From Candidatus Hadarchaeales archaeon (GTDB taxonomy: Archaea > Hadarchaeota > Hadarchaeia > Hadarchaeales > Hadarchaeaceae), in assembly GCA_038823825.1 (NCBI GenBank), contig JAWBCC010000007.1:1-15600 (forward strand): DNA of 15,600 nucleotides, in the 5' to 3' direction. The notes below the pieces were generated by a model. It made no database searches. It saw only the letters and a list, made by a program, of their open reading frames with translations, and had not been told where the DNA came from. Position 1 is the stretch's first letter; the number at the start of each line of letters is the position of its first letter. Below, in pieces: positions 1 to 5,276 of the stretch. The position numbers and the translations under genes are program-made.

Positions 1-2545
1 CCTCCGAGACTGAGCATCCAGTTGTGTCTATGTAGGCTGATCCTAGCGGACAGCTGAAGCTCCACGTTCCTTCACTCTTCGTGGCCTGCCACGTGTAGTG
101 GTTTCTCGTGCTGTCTGGGTCGCCACTGCCCAGAGAGCTCTCATAAGCCATCAAAGTTATGCTTGAGAGGTTCATATTTCCGTCCGAAACTGTTACAGTA
201 ACCGTGGTCCAGACATATGGCGTCCAGATTATTTCCGCTGGAACCACGCTCTGAACCTCTGGAGGAACGTTGGGCGTCTGCTGAATGGTAGCAGAAGCAG
301 GTAGCGCTGCAGCTGACGCGGTGTACGTCACCAAGAGATAGGGTCGGAGAGAAGCTGTTTCGTATTCTTTTGAATACCAATATGGCTCCGCGCTGTTCCA
401 GTCACTTCTCTCATCAACTGCTTTCACAGCAAGCGAAACGATTTTGTCGCCTGCGAACTGGTCTGAGACCCAGCTGGTGACATCCCAGCTCTCCCAGAAG
501 TTTTGCAATTTCGTCGGACGTGGAGAAACTCCCGTCCATCTGACGTAATCCACATAGAAAGTTCCGCTCGTTTCGATTGTAATCTTGAACAAACCATAAG
601 CTTGTCCCAGATTACTCCAATCGCTCGCCGGGATGGTTATCTCCTGCCATCTGTCAGTTCCATCCCATCCATAGTTACTTATATACTTGGTTTGCGTGGT
701 GCCCTGTGGCGCTTCTATCTCAACCTTTAGATTTGCAGTAGTTTTGACCCAGAATTTCAGGGCGGTCGCACTTGAGAGGTCTACGGTGTGATCATAGGGA
801 AGCCTGATAAACACTCCCCATCCAGCCCAGTTGCCCGTCGTTGAGGTCCGGAAACACCTTGTTCCTTCAGGAGAAGGCATGACATAATTCCGATCAAAAG
901 TCGCAGTACCTGATTCATCGTACCAAGTCAAGATTTCAGAGTTGACTGGGATACCGGCGTCAGAGTAGGGGGAAATCCCGACCCATCTAACCTTGTCGAT
1001 ATAGAATGTCCCGCTTGATTCAATCGTTATCTTGAATGGACTGTAAACTTGGTCGAGATTCTGCCATTCGCTGGCTGGAATAGTTATCTGTTGCCATCTG
1101 TCAGTTCCATCCCACCCATACCAGTTCAGATACTTTGTCTGGGTATTTCCCTTCGGCGCCTCGATTTCGATCTTCAGATTTGCCGGTGTTTTTACCCAGA
1201 ACCTTAAAGCTGTTGCTCCTGAGAGGTTTATGTAAACTGGCAGATCGAAGTGAAGTAGCAGAACGGTGTTCTCATTTGCTCCGAGATATCTCCCAGCTCC
1301 ATTGTTGTATCTGTAAGAAACTTCCTCCGAGCTTATCGCCTGATTCTCCACCCTAACCTCGTCTATTATCCCCTTGAAGAATCCCCAATCGCCATCGGCC
1401 TTTCTTCCCACGCATAGAGGCCTTGTGTTAGATGCTATGTTTCCCGTCCATGGTTCTGTGGCAACCAGAGAACCGTCGTAATAAAGCCTCAGATATGAGC
1501 CGTCAAATGTTCCAACTAGATGATGCCAGCCTGTTTGGAATGTTGTCTGATACGCAGCAAACGAGCCCCACTCCCCACCTCCTGGACCCACACCGAAAAC
1601 TATTTGGAACTGCCCGTTTTCATCAGTCTCTATATATAGCTCGTATCCCTTTGAATTATTGATGGCTCCTTCAAATTTCGAAACAACAACCTGACGACTA
1701 TTCTCGGCCGGCTGCTCGACAAAGTACGCCCAAGCTTCGACCGTCACTCTCGTCGGGTTTAGGCTTGCGCTGTCCTGAACGGAAACATACGCATTCGTTC
1801 CGTTGAATCCGAGAGCTCTATAGATTTTACCAGAATTTTCTGTAACACCGCCGTTAATTGTTCCATGATTGTTCAATCCGGAGTCGTCTCTCACATTCCT
1901 GTTGATGATAACACCCCAACCTGCCCAACTTCCAGCATTGGTGGATGTCTTGAAAGATTTACTGCCCTCTGGTGGAACTATACCGGTATATTCTACATCA
2001 AAGCTTCCTTGATCCCCCTCCGACCAGGTCCAGACGACAGAATCCGTTGGAATTCCCGCATCTGTGTATACATCATAATATGTGTCCGCAAAATACGTCT
2101 GTGCAACTCCTTCGAGATCTCCTATCGATGGCTGATTGTTCCAAGTTATCGTTGATTCGCTCCAAGCGTCGTTTGAGACCCGGTAGACCCCGATCTCTCT
2201 GTTGGTGTCTCCCGATTCGACGCCGCCATCATCATATCTGTAAAGGAAAAGTTTTGCCCCAGTTATTGTCGCATCACTCGGAATCTGTGAAAGATCAAAT
2301 TTGAGGAAAGATCTTCTGTACCATTCTGGATGCTGACCAGCGGCTGCAATATGGGATTCGCTCCCATAATTTGTGTTTGGCGTATGATTCTCTACCTTAG
2401 CATCAGCAACCGGAGAAAGCTTTACAGACCCATAAACTATTGTGGTCGCGGTACTCTGCGGGACTAGGAAAAGTTGCGGGGAAAGTGCAATTGATATTAA
2501 CATTATGGACAGACAAACCGAGAGGATTTGAGACTTTTTGAACAT
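1..2545 (-). CDS. Secreted multidomain lectin-like protein, 3'-truncated by the left window edge (848 codons visible). Absent from the supplied ORF track
   Basis: I translated the reverse strand by hand. From the ATG at 2545-2543 the frame stays open to position 2 with no stop. A GAGGT Shine-Dalgarno lies about 5 nt upstream. The N-terminus MFKKSQILSVCLSIMLISIALS looks like a Sec signal peptide. DNRLRE-type secreted-domain motifs are present: RSFLKFDLSQIPSDATITGAKLFLY, WSESTITWNNQP, WESWDVTSWV, RPYLLVTY. LamG/Laminin_G_3 motifs are present: GLNNHGTINGG, WHHLVGTFDGSYLRLYYDG, FKGIIDEVRVENQAIS. Two CBM-like copies end in TFYIDKVRW and TFYVDYVRW. The last ~80 aa (..NHYTWQATKSEGTWSFSCPLGSAYID..) are paralogous to the N-terminal domain of the 3803..5203 product. 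Confidence 0.85.
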   Translation of the reverse strand, partial: MFKKSQILSVCLSIMLISIALSPQLFLVPQSTATTIVYGSVKLSPVADAKVENHTPNTNYGSESHIAAAGQHPEWYRRSFLKFDLSQIPSDATITGAKLFLYRYDDGGVESGDTNREIGVYRVSNDAWSESTITWNNQPSIGDLEGVAQTYFADTYYDVYTDAGIPTDSVVWTWSEGDQGSFDVEYTGIVPPEGSKSFKTSTNAGSWAGWGVIINRNVRDDSGLNNHGTINGGVTENSGKIYRALGFNGTNAYVSVQDSASLNPTRVTVEAWAYFVEQPAENSRQVVVSKFEGAINNSKGYELYIETDENGQFQIVFGVGPGGGEWGSFAAYQTTFQTGWHHLVGTFDGSYLRLYYDGSLVATEPWTGNIASNTRPLCVGRKADGDWGFFKGIIDEVRVENQAISSEEVSYRYNNGAGRYLGANENTVLLLHFDLPVYINLSGATALRFWVKTPANLKIEIEAPKGNTQTKYLNWYGWDGTDRWQQITIPASEWQNLDQVYSPFKITIESSGTFYIDKVRWVGISPYSDAGIPVNSEILTWYDESGTATFDRNYVMPSPEGTRCFRTSTTGNWAGWGVFIRLPYDHTVDLSSATALKFWVKTTANLKVEIEAPQGTTQTKYISNYGWDGTDRWQEITIPASDWSNLGQAYGLFKITIETSGTFYVDYVRWTGVSPRPTKLQNFWESWDVTSWVSDQFAGDKIVSLAVKAVDERSDWNSAEPYWYSKEYETASLRPYLLVTYTASAAALPASATIQQTPNVPPEVQSVVPAEIIWTPYVWTTVTVTVSDGNMNLSSITLMAYESSLGSGDPDSTRNHYTWQATKSEGTWSFSCPLGSAYIDTTGCSVSE
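536..1243 (-). repeat. Intragenic duplication of a ~140-aa galactose-binding-like (CBM-type) domain within the 1..2545 ORF
   Basis: The protein copies align: ATALRFWVKTPANLKIEIEAPKGNTQTKYLNWYGWDGTDRWQQITIPASEWQNL..FKITIESSGTFYIDKVRW versus ATALKFWVKTTANLKVEIEAPQGTTQTKYISNYGWDGTDRWQEITIPASDWSNL..FKITIETSGTFYVDYVRW. At DNA level, tgccatctgtcagttccatccca is identical at about 1092-1114 and about 644-666. Confidence 0.75.
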
Positions 2546-2571
2546 CTCAACCTCGCTTTAAACTCAGATAC

Positions 2572-2594
2572 CACTCATTTTAATTTTTTCGAAA
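2572..2594 (-). promoter_or_regulatory. Candidate archaeal BRE/TATA promoter for the 1..2545 gene
   Basis: The minus strand reads TTTCGAAAAAATTAAAATGAGTGG. CGAAAA is BRE-like and AATTAAAA is an AT-rich TATA-like box centred about 36 nt upstream of the ATG at 2545. Four other intergenic regions share the same CG(A/G)AAA plus AT-box layout. Confidence 0.4.
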
Positions 2595-2611
2595 GAAGTA
2601 GGTGTTTTCGC

Positions 2612-2635
2612 ATTTTTAAGAAAATTTATTAAAAA
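2612..2635 (-). terminator. Candidate oligo-T transcription terminator after the 364-aa gene
   Basis: On the minus strand the TGA stop (2638-2636) is followed directly by TTTTTAATAAATTTTCTTAAAAATG. Archaeal termination typically uses T-runs. No strong hairpin is present. Confidence 0.4.
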
Positions 2636-3730
2636 TCATGAAAATTTCAAAATCACAGCTATTATTAAGATTAAGACGATTACCGAAACCACGGCAACAA
2701 CAGGCACAGTTGGAAATGGTTTCGGTTTCTCTACAATCAGCAGGCTGCTCAAACCATCGACAGAGATCGTGTGCTCGCCAGGCTCCTCGACGGATACTGT
2801 GAAATCTACTGTTGTTCTTTGTCCAGCCGCAAGCAACACTTCTCTCGTTTCAATCTGAACTCCGTCTATCTTCAGAGTTAGAGTGTAACTTCCAGAAATC
2901 GTTCCAACGTTTGCGACATCAACAGAAGCGGTCACTTGCTCACCTGGCCTGGCTCGATTTTTCGACAGCCGGAGATTTTCCACAGCAAATTCGGCTACCT
3001 CCTCCGAAACCGTTACTATTCGGGAGAATCCATCCACAGAAACCGTGTGGGTCCCAATCTGTTGTATCGAGAGAGAAAAGGTTACCGTTGCCGACTGACC
3101 TGGATTAAGCTCAACTTGTCTGTTGTCGATCTGTGTCCCGTTCAACCTCAAGATGACGTTGTAACTCCCGGCAATCGTTCCGAAGTTTACAACGCTAACC
3201 TGTACACTGAATGTTTCGCCCGGCCTGAGAGCCGATTTAGATATGCTGAGATTTTCCAGTCTGAACTGTGCCATTCCCACGATGTTCAAAATGGCGCTTA
3301 AATTATCCACGGAGATAGTGTGGGGTCCCAGCTGCAGAATGGATACTGTGAAAGAAACCGTTGTCGATTGTCCGGCTGCTAGATAGACAGTTAGGTTATC
3401 CACAACGTTGTTATCGACACGCAAAACTAACGTGTGTTGTCCATCTGCCGTGCCTACATTTTTCACAGTTACCTGAACAGTGACATTCTCGCCAGGAAGC
3501 GCGTTATCCTTAGATAGTTTCAAATTTTCTATCACAAACTGCGCAACATTCTCGGGCGGAGGTAGAGGTGGAGGCGGCGGGGGAGGAGGGATGTTTTCCG
3601 GCAAAACCGTCACCTGAACCTGAATAGGAATCTCTTGTGGGGCAATAACCGGCATGCAAAACAGAATGAGCATAAACACACTTGTTAAAATCGAGATCGC
3701 TCTTCTCATTTTTTCACCTTTTCTTTTCAT
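2636..3730 (-). CDS. Surface protein: signal peptide, polyproline hinge, three CARDB-like repeats and a C-terminal TM anchor. No recognisable catalytic domain
   Basis: ORF of 364 aa. MRRAISILTSVFMLILFCMPVIA is a signal peptide. The true start may be the second ATG at 3709, because GGTGA precedes it and the BRE/TATA at 3737-3753 predicts a transcription start near 3715. PPPPPPPPLPPP is a linker. There are three ~91-aa repeats of the form F.(I/L/V)ENL.(L/I)SK...PGE.(V/F)...V.V.N.G...G...L.L..(D/N)......V.L..GQ..TV.F..S....G.HT(I/V)SVD, which is a CARDB-type pattern. The C-terminal helix is VVAVVSVIVLILIIAVILKFS. Confidence 0.85.
   Translation of the reverse strand: MKRKGEKMRRAISILTSVFMLILFCMPVIAPQEIPIQVQVTVLPENIPPPPPPPPLPPPENVAQFVIENLKLSKDNALPGENVTVQVTVKNVGTADGQHTLVLRVDNNVVDNLTVYLAAGQSTTVSFTVSILQLGPHTISVDNLSAILNIVGMAQFRLENLSISKSALRPGETFSVQVSVVNFGTIAGSYNVILRLNGTQIDNRQVELNPGQSATVTFSLSIQQIGTHTVSVDGFSRIVTVSEEVAEFAVENLRLSKNRARPGEQVTASVDVANVGTISGSYTLTLKIDGVQIETREVLLAAGQRTTVDFTVSVEEPGEHTISVDGLSSLLIVEKPKPFPTVPVVAVVSVIVLILIIAVILKFS
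2732..3538 (-). repeat. Three tandem ~275-nt coding repeats (CARDB-like domains)
   Basis: The protein-level periodicity is clear, at aa 65-150, 156-241 and 248-333 of the 364-aa product. Divergence is typical of domain repeats rather than a recent DNA duplication. Confidence 0.8.
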
Positions 3731-3736
3731 CTGAAA

Positions 3737-3753
3737 GATATAAGTTTTTCGCC
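3737..3753 (-). promoter_or_regulatory. Candidate BRE/TATA promoter for the 364-aa gene
   Basis: The minus strand reads GGCGAAAAACTTATATC, with BRE-like CGAAAA and TATA-like CTTATATC. It lies directly downstream of the hairpin/T-run terminator and about 31 nt upstream of the ATG at 3709. Confidence 0.5.
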
Positions 3754-3760
3754 AATTTGC

Positions 3761-3795
3761 AAAAAAAAAGAAAAACGGCCCGGATCATCCGGGCC
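3761..3795 (-). terminator. Intrinsic-type terminator after the 466-aa gene (GC hairpin followed by a T-run)
   Basis: The minus-strand transcript reads TAA-gcgagag-GGCCCGGA-tga-TCCGGGCC-G-TTTTT-C-TTTTTTTTT. That is a perfect 8-bp GC-rich stem (3777-3784 pairing with 3788-3795), a 3-nt loop, then a 15-nt pyrimidine tract. Confidence 0.75.
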
Positions 3796-3802
3796 CTCTC
3801 GC

Positions 3803-5203
3803 TTATGGCTGTTGGGTTGAGAGCCAGATGTCATCCCAGAAGATGTCGGTTGATGGAACCGCAGTCGACGTTCTCTGAGCAGTTATGTAAATTCTTGCCC
3901 TTACCGCGTTCTCTGGAGCAGTAACTTGATAGGACACCTGTACCCAAGAGTCAAAAGCTGTTGCTGTGAAACCGCTGCCCGGTGTCTGTATGTAACCGCT
4001 ATCGTTTTCCCAGTATGGATACCATCTCACTCTGAAGAATAATCTATAGTTCTCCGGAAGAGCTCCACCTCCAGGATTCACTATATAGTAGTATCCCACA
4101 AGGTAGTACGTCGCGCCCGGGGTGAAGTTTGTAATGTTGTCTGAAGTCACGTATGAGCCATAACTGGTTGCCAGCTGTGTCTGCTTCGCCGAGTAACTAC
4201 CAGTTCTGGCGCGCTCACTAGATCTCGTCGAGTACGGTGGGGAGAACTGCCAGAAAGTGTCGTCCTCAAAGCTCGGGTTCTGAACCAAGTTCTGGGGTGA
4301 TGGGGGTACTATCAGAGTTTCCACTCTTACGTAAAACGTGTTTGTGTAGTTTCCTGCGACAACATTGCTCGGTATGTCCAGCCTCCACTGTATCTGTCTC
4401 TGAACACTTTCTCCATATGAAACATTCTTCCAGACGTTCTCGTACGTCGTGCTCAAGGAGACTTCTTCTTCACCTATCGCTTTTGCCGCGCTCGCGGGTA
4501 TTATATTTCCATTGGAGGTAAAGTTACCGGCCGCTTTGACTTTGATGGCGAAGTTCCGGTTTGAAGATACCGTCACAGTCATCGGACTCTGGGTTGCGTA
4601 AACGCTCTGCCCTTTGTAGCCGCTGAAGGAGAGGGTGTATGTGCTCAAAGACATCTCGAGGTAGACCTGAACCATAATCGCGTTGATATTCTCCAAATAG
4701 TTGTCTAAGCCAACGTTGTCTACTGCTCTAACATAAAGATCCCAAAATCCTGAAGCCGCGATCCTCGCAAGTTTCACCCGGAAGATTGCAGTGTATGTGT
4801 TTTCGGTCGGGTTCTCCTGAACTGACGAGTTGATGTTATCAATATAGTTCGCTCCAAGCGGACAGCTGAATCGCCAAGTTCCCGTGCTTTTCGAAGCCAC
4901 CCATGTGTAGTGGTTTCTGACGTTGTCGGGTGCCGCGTTATCGAGAGAGTTTTCGTAGGCCATTAGATAAATATTTTCCAAGTTCATCTCGTTGTCGTAA
5001 ACCACCACTACAATATTTGACCAGATGTTTGGAATTATCTCGACATTTTCTGGAGAAACCATGAGAACTGACGGTGGGTAGTATGGAATCTCCCAGATCT
5101 CTACTTCGACGTTAACCTGCTGCTCCTGATCCTGAGAGAGAACCGCCGGAATCATCGAAATGCTGATCAACAGTCCTAATAGAAGAGACACACTCTTCTT
5201 CAT
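3803..5203 (-). CDS. Secreted non-catalytic protein with two uncharacterised beta-sandwich domains (D1 'HYTW', D2 'QWRLDIP') and a C-terminal CBM4_9-like carbohydrate-binding domain. No membrane anchor
   Basis: ORF of 466 aa with an ATG start and a GGAGG Shine-Dalgarno 8 nt upstream. The signal peptide is MKKSVSLLLGLLISISMIPAVLS/QDQ. The C-terminal ~160 aa begin NLVQNPSFEDDTFWQF, continue ..ARTGSYSAK..PGATYYL.., and end FWDDIWL, which matches the CBM_4_9 (galactose-binding-like) pattern. The sequence carries 7 N-x-S/T sequons. D1 and D2 have paralogs at both window edges. Confidence 0.85.
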   Translation of the reverse strand: MKKSVSLLLGLLISISMIPAVLSQDQEQQVNVEVEIWEIPYYPPSVLMVSPENVEIIPNIWSNIVVVVYDNEMNLENIYLMAYENSLDNAAPDNVRNHYTWVASKSTGTWRFSCPLGANYIDNINSSVQENPTENTYTAIFRVKLARIAASGFWDLYVRAVDNVGLDNYLENINAIMVQVYLEMSLSTYTLSFSGYKGQSVYATQSPMTVTVSSNRNFAIKVKAAGNFTSNGNIIPASAAKAIGEEEVSLSTTYENVWKNVSYGESVQRQIQWRLDIPSNVVAGNYTNTFYVRVETLIVPPSPQNLVQNPSFEDDTFWQFSPPYSTRSSERARTGSYSAKQTQLATSYGSYVTSDNITNFTPGATYYLVGYYYIVNPGGGALPENYRLFFRVRWYPYWENDSGYIQTPGSGFTATAFDSWVQVSYQVTAPENAVRARIYITAQRTSTAVPSTDIFWDDIWLSTQQP

Positions 5204-5237
5204 TAATTTTCCTCCAAGAGCAAATTGTGATCATTAT

Positions 5238-5256
5238 TGTTTAAAACTTTTCGGTG
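5238..5256 (-). promoter_or_regulatory. Candidate internal BRE/TATA promoter for the 466-aa gene
   Basis: The minus strand reads CACCGAAAAGTTTTAAACA. CGAAAA is BRE-like and GTTTTAAA is a TATA-like box centred about 42 nt upstream of the ATG at 5203. This would leave a ~16-nt leader containing GGAGG. Confidence 0.4.
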
Positions 5257-5276
5257 CTGGACTTTTCCCCTTTTAC

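Noticed and set aside
1865-2304. Two overlapping plus-strand ORFs (96 and 110 aa) in the region that has no long ORF in the track
   Set aside because: They are antisense to the continuous 848-codon minus-strand ORF, which has clear domain homology. Their own translations are Arg/Ser/Pro-rich with no recognisable motifs.
2732-3538. Regular ~275-nt periodicity that could superficially suggest a repeat array or CRISPR
   Set aside because: The period is far too long for CRISPR. The repeats are diverged at DNA level and sit in one open frame encoding CARDB domains. There are no short direct repeats with unique spacers anywhere in the window.
3554-3589. Possible G-quadruplex in the G-rich tract
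   Set aside because: There are only three runs of three or more G. The tract is fully explained as polyproline coding sequence.
5129-5203. Possible class III (type IV pilin-like) signal peptide on the 466-aa protein, which would make D1-D2 a pilin
   Set aside because: The N-terminus MKKSVSLLLGLLISISMIPAVLS/QDQ has the n-h-c layout of an ordinary Sec signal peptide. Its polar cleavage region follows the hydrophobic core. There is no G/A cleavage site before the hydrophobic segment.
5227-5235. A TGATCA-containing element resembling half of a Thermococcales TGM (TATCAC-N5-GTGATA) site
   Set aside because: It is a single short palindrome with no second half-site at the right spacing, so it is too short to call. 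It is retained only as part of the AATGA(G/T) observation.
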